Below, piece after piece: positions 8,556 to 17,105 of a stretch of 32,000 nucleotides of DNA. Position numbers and translations under genes: made by a program. This DNA comes from Ferroglobus placidus DSM 10642 (GTDB lineage: Archaea > Halobacteriota > Archaeoglobi > Archaeoglobales > Archaeoglobaceae), in assembly GCF_000025505.1 (NCBI RefSeq), contig NC_013849.1, positions 1,020,001 through 1,052,000 on the forward strand. The letters run 5' to 3'. Each line of letters opens with the position of its first letter. The first letter of the stretch is position 1. The notes under the pieces are model-generated. The model did not search any database. It was not told where the DNA came from and saw only the letters and a program-made list of their open reading frames with translations.

Positions 8556-9722
8556 ATGAGGGTAGGAATTATAGGTGTGGGTTGTTCGAAGTTCGGAGTT
8601 AGAGACGATGTAACTTTGCAAGAACTGGCTTTTGAGGCTGTTAAAGAGGCTATAGAAGATGCTGGAATAAGTAAGGAAGACATCGAGATGAGCGTCGTAG
8701 GAACTGCCGGAACGAGAAGCTACGAATTAATGCCGGCCGTGCCAATAAACGAATACTGCGGATTTACCGGAAAAGGTCCGATTAGAGTTGAGGCTGCCTG
8801 CGCAACCGGAAGCGCAGCAGTTTACACAGCCTACTCAACGATAAAGAGCGGAATAGCTGACGTTGTGATAGCGATAGGTGTAGAGAAGATGAACGAAGTT
8901 GATACTCCAACTTCTCTGGCTGTAGGAGGGAGAAGCGGAAGCTACCTCTGGGAGTTCCACCAGTACGGCACCACCTTCCCCGGCTATTACGCGATGCACG
9001 CCTCAGCCCACATGGCGAGGTACGGCACAACTGAGAAGCAGCTGGCTATGGTGGCTGTAAAGAACCATAGAAATGCCGCCAAGAACCCAAAAGCCCAGTT
9101 CCAGAAAGAGATAACCCTCGAAAAGGCTTTATCTTCAAGATACGTCGCTTATCCTCTCAGACTCTTCGACTGCTCAGCCATAACAGACGGGTCGGCAGCA
9201 GCTATTTTGGCGAGCGAGGAGAAGATAAAGGAGCTGGGATTGAAAGATCAGGCAGTCTGGATAGAAGGAATAGGATACAGCAGCGACACTGCAAACCTTT
9301 CGAAGAGGATCGATTACGTGGGATTGAAAGCAACAGTGGAAGCTTCGAGAATGGCTTACAAGATGGCGAAGATTGATGACCCGGTGAAGCAGCTCGACGT
9401 GGCAGCATTGCACGACTGCTTCACCATAGCCGAGATCATGGCCTACGAGGATCTCGGCTTCTGCAAGAAGGGGGAGGGAGGGAAGTTCATAGAAAACGGC
9501 GACTCCGACTTCGGAGGAAAGATTCCGGTGAACACTTTCGGCGGACTTAAAGCGAAAGGTCATCCTCTCGGAGCTACCGGAGTAGGAATGGTTTACGAGA
9601 TCGTGAAGCAGCTAAGAGGAGAAGCTGGAGAGCTGCAGGTTGATTTGAAGAACTACAAAGGACTGACTCACAACATAGGAGGGACTGGACACTTCGGCTG
9701 GGTTTTCATTCTGGGGGTGTGA
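8556..9722 (+). CDS. Thiolase-family acyl-CoA acyltransferase (archaeal/BbsB-like)
   Basis: VEAACATGSAAVYTAYSTIKSGIADVVIAIGVEKM; HDCFTIAEIMAYEDLGFCKKGEGG; GGLKAKGHPLGATGVGMVYEI. Confidence 0.85.
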   Translation: MRVGIIGVGCSKFGVRDDVTLQELAFEAVKEAIEDAGISKEDIEMSVVGTAGTRSYELMPAVPINEYCGFTGKGPIRVEAACATGSAAVYTAYSTIKSGIADVVIAIGVEKMNEVDTPTSLAVGGRSGSYLWEFHQYGTTFPGYYAMHASAHMARYGTTEKQLAMVAVKNHRNAAKNPKAQFQKEITLEKALSSRYVAYPLRLFDCSAITDGSAAAILASEEKIKELGLKDQAVWIEGIGYSSDTANLSKRIDYVGLKATVEASRMAYKMAKIDDPVKQLDVAALHDCFTIAEIMAYEDLGFCKKGEGGKFIENGDSDFGGKIPVNTFGGLKAKGHPLGATGVGMVYEIVKQLRGEAGELQVDLKNYKGLTHNIGGTGHFGWVFILGV

Positions 9723-9725
9723 TTT

Positions 9726-10151
9726 ATGGAGAGCAGAACGTTTATTTTGAAGCACAAGCTTCCGATAGCGAGAGTTGAGAAGTACTGGAAAGGTTTGGAG
9801 GAAGGGAAGGTTTACGGAACCGTGTGCAAAATCTGCGGAGCGAAATACTATCCTCCCCAAGTAGATTGCAGCAAATGCTACAACAGCGAAGTTGAGTGGG
9901 TCGAGATAAGTGGGGAAGGGACGATAGAATGCTTCACCCAGCTTCACAGCTTTCCCCAGGGTTTCGAATTCGTGGGAAGACCATATACTATAGCTATTGC
10001 AAAGTTCGGCGACTTCAAAGTTATGGGGTGGTACGAAGGAGATATCCCGAAGGTTGGGGAGAAGGTCAAAATAAAAACCGGAAAAGACGAAACCGGAGTT
10101 TGGAAGGTTTATTTTGAGCCCTGGGGTGAGTTGAATGAACATAGACTTTGA
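9726..10151 (+). CDS. DUF35/OB-fold zinc-ribbon protein, thiolase partner
   Basis: VCKICGAKYYPPQVDCSKCYNSEVEWVEISGEGTIECFT: rubredoxin-like Zn ribbon plus OB fold, immediately after the thiolase gene. Confidence 0.85.
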   Translation: MESRTFILKHKLPIARVEKYWKGLEEGKVYGTVCKICGAKYYPPQVDCSKCYNSEVEWVEISGEGTIECFTQLHSFPQGFEFVGRPYTIAIAKFGDFKVMGWYEGDIPKVGEKVKIKTGKDETGVWKVYFEPWGELNEHRL

Positions 10152-11199
10152 AAAAGTAAAGTTTGGTGTTGAAGGACCGAACGCTCCTTGGGAGACGATA
10201 AAAGAAATTGCGGTTTACTGCGAAAAACTCGGCTTTGATAGCTACTGGATGCCCGACCACTTGGTAGCTACCGGAGTGAAGAGGTGGGACGCTATAGAGG
10301 CTTGGGGAGCTTTGGGGGCTTTGGCTGTTTTGACCGAGAAGATAATGATAGCCACCGGAGTCAGCGACACCTACAGAGTTCATCCAGCTGTTTTGGCTCA
10401 GAAAGCCACGACGATAGACATAATTTCCAACGGAAGAGCGATTCTCGGAATAGGTATTGGAGAGGCTATGAACCTCGTTCCTTTCGGAATAGAGTACGAC
10501 AAGCCAGTGGGAAGGACGATTGAAGCTCTCGAAGTTATAAGGAGGTTGCTGAACGAAGACTTCGTAGATTTCGAAGGGAAATATTACAAGCTGAAGCAGG
10601 CATTCATAGCTCCAAAGCCGGTGCAAAAGCCCCATTATCCCATCTACGTGGCGGGAGCTTCTCCGAGAACGATAAGAATGGCTGGGAAATACGGAGACGG
10701 GTGGCTTCCAGCCAATTTAACCGTCGAAAAGTACAAAGAAGGAAGAGAGACGGTGATGAAGGCTGCGAAGGAAGTTGGAAAGGATCCGGAGAAGATAGAC
10801 ATGGCACACTTCATGTACGGAGTTATAGCGAAGACGAAGGATGAGGCGAGGGAAAGAGTTATGCTTCCCGCAAAGCTCCTCCTGCTTACGAGACCGAGAA
10901 TTCTCGAAGCTATTGGCTACGAGCCACCGACGTACGACTTCGAAATGACCTTCAAACTCGTATTTCCGAGAGACGCTCAAAGGTGGCTCGAAGAGGCTAA
11001 AAAACTTCCCGACGAGGTCGTTGAGAAATCTCCGATAGTTTACGGAACGGTCGACGACTTCATAGAAAGGTTCGAGCAGTACTACAAAGTCGGTTGCAGG
11101 CACTTCGTCATGAACTTCCAGGTTTCGCCGAAGTATCTGAAAGATTGCCTAGATCTTTACAAGCAGGTTGCCGAGTACTTTAGAGAGCAGGAGAAATAA
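10135..11199 (+). CDS. LLM-class flavin/F420-dependent oxidoreductase (Mer-like)
   Basis: EKLGFDSYWMPDHL, GVSDTYRVHPAVLAQKATTIDIISNGRAILGIGIGEAMNLVPFGI, PIYVAGASPRTIRMAGKYGDGWLP. Confidence 0.85.
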   Translation: MNIDFEKVKFGVEGPNAPWETIKEIAVYCEKLGFDSYWMPDHLVATGVKRWDAIEAWGALGALAVLTEKIMIATGVSDTYRVHPAVLAQKATTIDIISNGRAILGIGIGEAMNLVPFGIEYDKPVGRTIEALEVIRRLLNEDFVDFEGKYYKLKQAFIAPKPVQKPHYPIYVAGASPRTIRMAGKYGDGWLPANLTVEKYKEGRETVMKAAKEVGKDPEKIDMAHFMYGVIAKTKDEARERVMLPAKLLLLTRPRILEAIGYEPPTYDFEMTFKLVFPRDAQRWLEEAKKLPDEVVEKSPIVYGTVDDFIERFEQYYKVGCRHFVMNFQVSPKYLKDCLDLYKQVAEYFREQEK

Positions 11200-11399
11200 A
11201 ATAAAAAATTTAAATTTTTCTTTTTCTTAAAATTACGGCTGAGACTATGGGGGTTCGCCATGGTGACGAAAATCCTCGCCATGGCGAAGTGGTGTTTTAA
11301 CTTTCTTAACAAGAAATATATTAAAATTCCGAGATTAAAAATCAGAAAGATATATAAAGTTTACAATATACTAGCAATACACAACGATAAGTAGTAATC

Positions 11400-12095
11400 A
11401 TGGAGTTAGGTGATGATTATATGCATGAGAACTTAGATGAGGAAACTAAGATTAAGTTTAGAGAATTAAGACTCTCGTGGGTATTTGGGTATATCCTTGA
11501 AACATTTGACTTAAGAGATTTGATAGAGTCCTTCTCTAGAAGGGGTTACACTACTCCCACGAGAGAAGAGGTTCCGTTAGTACCTATCCGTGCTAGATTA
11601 GGTGGAGCTGGGATTATAGCTCGTAAAGGCGAATTTGATGTGTATGTCGATACAAGTCGTCAGATTATAGGAGTTAGATGTAGTGCTGACTTCAGTAAAC
11701 TTCGTCCTTTTTACCAAGAAGTTAGGGATATTTTGATAGAAGATTTTGAATTAGATTTTACTCGGGATGTACGATATTGCGAACTTTCATCAGAAATAAG
11801 GGTGAAAGGTAAGAAGGTCATTGATAAAATTAGAAATATTCCCATAAAGCAAATACCTGAACTGGAGAGTATCGTAGGTAAATATGCCTTGGTTGGCTTC
11901 CGCATAGGGAGTAAAGAGGGATATCCCACTATGAGTAATTGGTTTGAAATAGAAATACACCCCGTGTGGACTAAACCTAGGAACTATTACGAAGTGTGGG
12001 TAGTTTATCGTAACGAATCAGAGGAAAAAGTGTTATTCTTTGCTGAGAACTTAGAGAGCGTCGTATCCTCTGCAATTAAAATAGTGGAGGGTTAG
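11400..12095 (+). CDS. Hypothetical protein, element cargo
   Basis: 231-aa ORF; ATG at 11421 after GGAGTTAGGTGATG is an alternative start. No family recognised. Confidence 0.6.
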   Translation: MELGDDYMHENLDEETKIKFRELRLSWVFGYILETFDLRDLIESFSRRGYTTPTREEVPLVPIRARLGGAGIIARKGEFDVYVDTSRQIIGVRCSADFSKLRPFYQEVRDILIEDFELDFTRDVRYCELSSEIRVKGKKVIDKIRNIPIKQIPELESIVGKYALVGFRIGSKEGYPTMSNWFEIEIHPVWTKPRNYYEVWVVYRNESEEKVLFFAENLESVVSSAIKIVEG

Positions 12096-12096
12096 T

Positions 12097-12926
12097 ATGA
12101 GCCAAACAGCTCTAAGCATTTTTGAAGAGGGAGAAGAAAGATTAGAGTTCGAAGAAAGAAGGGGGATGAAAACCCTACTTTCACGAAGACCAACAGCTCC
12201 AAGCATAGTAAAGCCAGATTTAGAAGATTTACTTAAAATGAATGCCCTTCTTCTTACAATACTCCCCGAAGAAACTCTTATAATCTCTGGTATGCATGGT
12301 GTGGGAACTTGGGGGGCACAGTTTGCATTGCTTTCAGAGGTACAAAAAAGTGTTGTAACACCACATTATGAGGAGAAAACACTTGATCAAATTATGACTT
12401 CCATTCCGCACACGCTCAGAATAATGCCTAAAGAAGCTCCAAGAGCATATATATATATTACTTCACGGATGAACTCTATAGACGTGAGGATTCCAAGTAT
12501 AGATTGCTTGACGATACTCTTACTCTACTTGGACGCCATCGAAAGGATGTAGAAATCATAATAATAGACAGGGATCGTGTGCCAGGAACATTTTGGGATG
12601 TGATTACAAAGGGTTTAGGAATAAAGAAGTATCCAGCTCTTATTGTTTCCTCTTCCTCCTTGAATATTGAAGATATGAAAATCTCTGATATTGAATATGT
12701 TCCTCCTCCTATTTCATTTGCGAAATGGGAAAGAGGTATGATAGCTGATGTCATCCTCGAGGATAGAGATGAGTTATCAACTTTTCTAGACGAATTAATT
12801 GATGCAGCAAAAGAGGGTATAAATCAAATGACATTACAAAAGAAAGTTATCCTTAAAGCCTTAGAAAAGGTGAAGAAGGATATAAAAGATGTGTTAGTAG
12901 TTATTTCTCGAAAAGGGTCTAGCTAA
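12097..12926 (+). pseudogene. Single hypothetical gene split by a frameshift at an (AT)6 tract (ORFs 12097..12552 and 12504..12926)
   Basis: Frame 1 reads ...IMPKEAPRAYIYI; frame 3 through the same place reads YIYIYFTDELYRREDSKYRLLDDTLTLLGRHRKDVEIIIIDRD. (AT)6 at 12447-12458; removal of one AT unit joins the frames. Confidence 0.6.
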
Positions 12927-14193
12927 AAGCTGTTGGATTTACCTTAGCCAACCCCTCAGAGACTCCGTTTTCAACCCTCGTCAATGCAACGAAGAGCAAT
13001 GTAACCAAGAACTGCCTTCCATAGAATTCAATGGCTTCAAACCCCTTTACATTAAGGTTTTCATCGAATAGCAGTTGTTCTTTCAGTATTGAATGTAAAT
13101 TCTCTGAAACGTTCCTTCTGTGGTAAATCCTCTCGTATTCCTCAGGATTCTCTTGTTTAACTTTAAGCCATTGATTTCTGAAGTAGGCTCCAACTTCCTC
13201 GTAGTATCCATGCTCAAATAGAACTTTAAGCATCTCGTTGAAGCTAACATCGTAAGGCAAACCTTTCTCATAAGCTATTCCATTATAGACTTTCTCTATC
13301 CACTCTTTCGTTCCCTTCTTATTGAACTTAGCGTTTTCAGGGAGCTGGAAATAACATTCCGGTCCATACTTCATCGAACAAATAGCCCAGTTCTCAATCG
13401 TTCCGTAATGTGCATCTCCGTAGATTTCTTCTGGCTCAATTCCAAGCTCTCTTAATTTCTCAAGCATTGGAATCAGGTAATGTCCGTCATAAGCGTTTGC
13501 ATCCGTGACAATTAGTTCAAGTGGGATGTTTGTGTCAACGCAAGTTGCAAAGTGAACCTTTACCATCTTGCCAATGTTGTACTTCTGGAAGTAGTATGCG
13601 TTGTATTTGCCACATTCGTCGTTTTTAAGGGTTGGTAGCGGTGTTGAATCAATGCTTATCCTTCTTCCAAGCTTCATACCCTTCTCAGCCAATGCATTTT
13701 GCAGTCTCTCGATAAACGATTTCTGAATTTTTCTCAGGTTTTCGTTGCCCAACCTTTCATTGACAAATCGATTTATCGACCTCTCTGCTGGAGTTAGTAC
13801 CTCTCCTTCTTTTTCTACAAATCCTAAATCCTTAGCAATCTCTTCATCCCTTATCTTAGCCTCCAAGGTCGTGTAGAACTTTATCCTTGAAAGTCTCTGG
13901 AAGAACAACAGCCTGAGCATAGCTTCGACAGGATACATGAAGTGTTTTTCTGGTTTCTTGTAGCTGTTCAAGAGGATTTTAGCTTCTCTGCTTAGGTCAA
14001 TCAATCCGCAGAATTTAGACACCTTCATTGGAATTATTGATGGGTCGATGAAGTTCTGCCCCTCTATCTCTTCACTCTCGGGTTTTGTTATAGCTTCTAC
14101 TCTTTCTCTAATCTCCTTCAGCAAACTCTCCCAATCGAAACCTTTTTCTATATTTCCGATCACCAATATTAGGGGTTTGGTGGCGACGCCCAT
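12919..14193 (-). CDS. DDE transposase (IS4/IS5/IS1182-like, DDE_Tnp_1 type)
   Basis: RISIDSTPLP..., LIVTDANAYDGHYLIPML, IYGDAHYGTIENWAIC, and a late conserved E region with RRNVSENLHSILKEQL. Confidence 0.8.
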   Translation of the reverse strand: MGVATKPLILVIGNIEKGFDWESLLKEIRERVEAITKPESEEIEGQNFIDPSIIPMKVSKFCGLIDLSREAKILLNSYKKPEKHFMYPVEAMLRLLFFQRLSRIKFYTTLEAKIRDEEIAKDLGFVEKEGEVLTPAERSINRFVNERLGNENLRKIQKSFIERLQNALAEKGMKLGRRISIDSTPLPTLKNDECGKYNAYYFQKYNIGKMVKVHFATCVDTNIPLELIVTDANAYDGHYLIPMLEKLRELGIEPEEIYGDAHYGTIENWAICSMKYGPECYFQLPENAKFNKKGTKEWIEKVYNGIAYEKGLPYDVSFNEMLKVLFEHGYYEEVGAYFRNQWLKVKQENPEEYERIYHRRNVSENLHSILKEQLLFDENLNVKGFEAIEFYGRQFLVTLLFVALTRVENGVSEGLAKVNPTAFS

Positions 14194-14249
14194 GCTATCA
14201 AACCCCCCTGCTGGGGGAGTGGCTGTTTAAGGGGGTGCTCCCCCAGCAC
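14172..14249. repeat. Cluster of GC-rich inverted repeats between tRNA-like gene and transposase start
   Basis: GGGGTTTG (14172-14179)/CAAACCCC (14199-14206), and TGCTGGGGGAG (14209-14219)/CTCCCCCAGCA (14238-14248). Confidence 0.6.
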
Positions 14250-14253
14250 CTTA

Positions 14254-14326
14254 CGCCCCCGTGGGGATTTGAACCCCAGTCAGGCGGTGCGAACCCACCT
14301 ATGCTATCCACCTACACCACGGGGGC
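14254..14326 (-). tRNA. tRNA-Arg-like (anticodon UCG), atypical anticodon loop
   Basis: Minus strand GCCCCCG TG GTGT AGGTGGATA GCAT A GGTGG GTTCGCA CCGCC TGAC TGGGG TTCAAAT CCCCA CGGGGGC G folds into a full cloverleaf, 73 nt; loop has G32 and C37, which are unusual. Confidence 0.7.
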
Positions 14327-14471
14327 ACCACTTATACTATTTCGACTACGATACTGTATTTAAAGTTTGTGGTATACTACAAGTGTATCACTTGAATGAC
14401 TTAAAAGAACCACCATAGTTTTAGCGATAAATTTAAATATAGTAGACCACTACTATTTGTGGTGATGCAGT

Positions 14472-15182
14472 ATGGGTAAGATTGGGGATTACGAGTATCC
14501 AGAGTTCACGTTCACAGAATGCAGGAAAATAGTAGAGAGAATTTACAAAGAAGGAATTACTCGTGGAGATGTTCTTGCACCAAAATTAGGTCATAAATCT
14601 CCAGAATCTGGTACCTTTAGAAATAAAATTACATCCTTACAGAGGTTTGGATTAATAGAAGGTGACTGGAAAGAGTTTAAACTAACCGAACTCGGTGAAA
14701 AAATTGCAAAACCTCTAAACGAAGAAGAGTTCAAAAAGGCAGCTATTGAGTCTATCAAGAGAGTTAATCTACTAAAAGAACTATGGAAAAAAGTAGGCAC
14801 TAATATACCAGAGGATGGTTTGTGGGGCGTTTTAGTACAAATCACAGGCGTTAGTAGGTCTGTAGCAGAAAAGCAGGAAGCTAAAATCCGAAAACTTTAT
14901 ATGGACGCAGTACAATATCTTAAAGAGGAAAAGGAGGTGTCTGGGATGAAAAAAGTTCAACCAGAGATTGTTCAACCACAGCAATCTACAGATATTCAGC
15001 AAATCTCTCAACCAGTGGCACAACTGATACAAACTTTACCAAATGAAGCTATAGGACGAGTTATCGTAAAAAACATAGGATATATTGACATTGTAGATGA
15101 AATGAGTTACAATATTGCTAAAGAGTATCTAAAACTTCTTGCCAAGAAGCTTGGGTTAGAATCAGAAGGGGGAGGGACATGA
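14472..15182 (+). CDS. Hypothetical protein with possible HTH N-terminal domain, element cargo
   Basis: 236-aa ORF; NKITSLQRFGLIEGDWKEFKLTELGEKIAKPLNEEE reads like a winged-helix segment; C-terminal PQQST..QQISQPVAQL linker. Confidence 0.6.
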   Translation: MGKIGDYEYPEFTFTECRKIVERIYKEGITRGDVLAPKLGHKSPESGTFRNKITSLQRFGLIEGDWKEFKLTELGEKIAKPLNEEEFKKAAIESIKRVNLLKELWKKVGTNIPEDGLWGVLVQITGVSRSVAEKQEAKIRKLYMDAVQYLKEEKEVSGMKKVQPEIVQPQQSTDIQQISQPVAQLIQTLPNEAIGRVIVKNIGYIDIVDEMSYNIAKEYLKLLAKKLGLESEGGGT

Positions 15183-15313
15183 TGAGGAAAGATGCTTGTC
15201 CATTCTGCATTCAGGAAGGAGCAGCAAAACCATCGATTAAGTACTGCAAAAGACACAAATGGAAATATCAGCACTGGTTTGAACCTTGGAGAAGAGCTTT
15301 TAAAAGCTCATAA
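15182..15313 (+). CDS. Small putative zinc-finger protein (43 aa)
   Basis: Not in ORF track: MRKDACPFCIQEGAAKPSIKYCKRHKWKYQHWFEPWRRAFKSS*; CxxC...CxxxH; start overlaps the stop of the upstream gene. Confidence 0.5.
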   Translation: MRKDACPFCIQEGAAKPSIKYCKRHKWKYQHWFEPWRRAFKSS

Positions 15314-15390
15314 ATTTTTTTGTTTGGCATTATTCTAAATTTTTATTTTTATAGAGTTATGTATGCTATCAACTTTATAAATTCTCATTG

Positions 15391-16971
15391 CTAATGGCGA
15401 ACTAACACTTCGCCACGGCGAACCCCCACTATAGCTAAAGCCGTTAAAGCCGCTCCGACGAACGGACTTTTCTTAGCCTCCGGAGTTTTCACTTCTTCAG
15501 CTTTAGCAGTTTCTTTCTTCGAAGCTTCGAGGAATCCTAAATAATCTCTCATCTCCTGCAAGTTCCTCGTTATCTGATACCACCCGAGCTTAAAGGTTGA
15601 GTAGTCCGGACCTCCCATTGCCGAGCCGTGCCTTAAACTCGTGCCGTAGAACAGCCAGTTCTCGACCCAAAGTCTCTCTATGTACTCGTCGAAGAGGTTG
15701 CTGTTGTTAGCCAACCCTTTTTCGTAAGCGTATAGAAGGAGCTTCGTCGCTTGTAAAGTGGCTTTGTTGCTCTCTTCAACCGTTTTTTCGAACTTTTCGA
15801 AGTGTCCTTCCACGAAGTCAGAGGAGTGGCAGGCTTTGCATATTTTCATCATAGCTTCCTTCCTACTCTTCATCTCCTGCTCATCTATCAAGTAATCTTT
15901 AGCTGGCTCACCCGTAAGTGAGGTTGGCAAAGGCAAGCCTTGATCGTTCTTTATCTTCCAAGTGGCTCCGTCTTTAGGCTGTGGATGCGCGTAGATTCCG
16001 AATATTCTTATGTATATTCTCGAATCGAAGTTGTGGGTTCTCTCAGCTATTACATCGCCGTTCTTATCGACAACAAGAGAAGCGTGGCAGACAGCACAAG
16101 CAGGTGCTTTGAAGTCTACTCCGATCTTCCACGGCACGGCAGACATGTTGTACTTCTTGTATTCACTCAAAAATATGTTCCCGTGCTTGCTTTCTTTCCA
16201 TACGTTAAAAGCAGCCACGTCAGGCTCAAGATGGCATTGGGCACAGGTGTACGGACTTCTCGCGACTTCTATGGAAAAGCCGTGTCTCGGATGGCATGCC
16301 GTGCACGCTCCCTTGCTTCCGTCAGGGTTTATTCTTCCTACCCCCTGATTAGGCCAGCCCTCTAAGTCTGGCACTTCCACTCCGTTCTTAATCACCGTGC
16401 CTTTTACAGTAACCTTCGTTCCGTGGCAGTAGTAACAAGTTTCGTTTTGTGCATTGAGAGAACTTCCTTTTTCTACGAGAGTTCCGTTTTCGAAGCTGTA
16501 GCTCATTGTAGACGTTTCAACGAGCTTGTGGTAAACCGGATTTTTGTCGAGGTTTTCAACAGCGTGAGCTTTAACACTCTTCATGTACTCCTCAAATTCC
16601 TCCTCATGGCACTCGGAGCAATCTTTCGGAGAGACGATCACGTTTATCACGAAGCCCATGTGGTTGAAGCTGTCTTCGTGATTTTCAGTGTTTAAAGAGT
16701 GGCACTCGTAGCAGCCGACGACGACGTTCATCAAATCTTCATTCGGAGCTGAGCTTATTCTTCTCTCGATCTTTGGTTTTTTCAAAGCTTCAGCGGGAGT
16801 TGTTTTCGCGTGTCTGCTTCTCTTCCAGTCTTCAACGATTCCCGGCGTAATTTTTTCGTGACAGCTTATACAAGCTTTGGTCTCGTCGCTTATTTCTTCT
16901 GCCATCGCTGCAGAATTTAGAAGAAGAAGTGCCGTTAAAAACGCTAATAACGTTCGAATTACTGCCCACAT
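15391..16971 (-). CDS. Octaheme c-type cytochrome, hydroxylamine oxidoreductase (HAO)-like, with C-terminus altered by element insertion
   Basis: Eight CXXCH motifs (CISCH, CYECH, CSECH, CYYCH, CTACH, CAQCH, CAVCH, CKACH), signal peptide, and C-terminal hydrophobic stretch ending in sequence encoded by the element's TIR. Confidence 0.85.
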   Translation of the reverse strand: MWAVIRTLLAFLTALLLLNSAAMAEEISDETKACISCHEKITPGIVEDWKRSRHAKTTPAEALKKPKIERRISSAPNEDLMNVVVGCYECHSLNTENHEDSFNHMGFVINVIVSPKDCSECHEEEFEEYMKSVKAHAVENLDKNPVYHKLVETSTMSYSFENGTLVEKGSSLNAQNETCYYCHGTKVTVKGTVIKNGVEVPDLEGWPNQGVGRINPDGSKGACTACHPRHGFSIEVARSPYTCAQCHLEPDVAAFNVWKESKHGNIFLSEYKKYNMSAVPWKIGVDFKAPACAVCHASLVVDKNGDVIAERTHNFDSRIYIRIFGIYAHPQPKDGATWKIKNDQGLPLPTSLTGEPAKDYLIDEQEMKSRKEAMMKICKACHSSDFVEGHFEKFEKTVEESNKATLQATKLLLYAYEKGLANNSNLFDEYIERLWVENWLFYGTSLRHGSAMGGPDYSTFKLGWYQITRNLQEMRDYLGFLEASKKETAKAEEVKTPEAKKSPFVGAALTALAIVGVRRGEVLVRH

Positions 16972-17105
16972 ATTTAAATTTTTGAAATTACAAATTTTTA
17001 AATTTTACTAAATTTTTTAAATTTTACTAAATTACTGCTCGTTATAAACCAATCGAGACAGTTACTTTCGCAAGTTTTTTAACTCTCTATTTTCGATTTT
17101 CTCCG

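Larger units (their letters stand above)
11249..15427. mobile_element. ~4.18 kb TIR-bounded element inserted in the 3' end of the octaheme cytochrome gene
   Basis: Left end GGGGGTTCGCCATGGTGACG; right end (reverse complement) GGGGGTTCGCCGTGGCGAAG; flanking direct repeats ACTAT at 11244-11248 and 15428-15432. Excision restores an open C-terminal TM+RKRK tail. Confidence 0.8.

Noticed and set aside
12919-14193. Treating the transposase plus immediate flanks as the whole mobile element
   Set aside because: No clear TIRs found immediately around it, whereas the outer 11249/15427 termini have TIRs, target duplication and an interrupted gene. A nested IS remains possible.
11249-15427. Casposon or provirus interpretation of the 4.18 kb element
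   Set aside because: No Cas1, polymerase, integrase or capsid-like protein recognised; only a DDE transposase and unknown cargo.
15940-16695. Plus-strand ORFs opposite the cytochrome
   Set aside because: Antisense to an eight-CXXCH protein; mirror frames only.
16999-17033. Two direct copies of taaattttactaaatt between cytochrome and aminotransferase
   Set aside because: Low-complexity AT-rich intergenic DNA; too short to support a specific feature.
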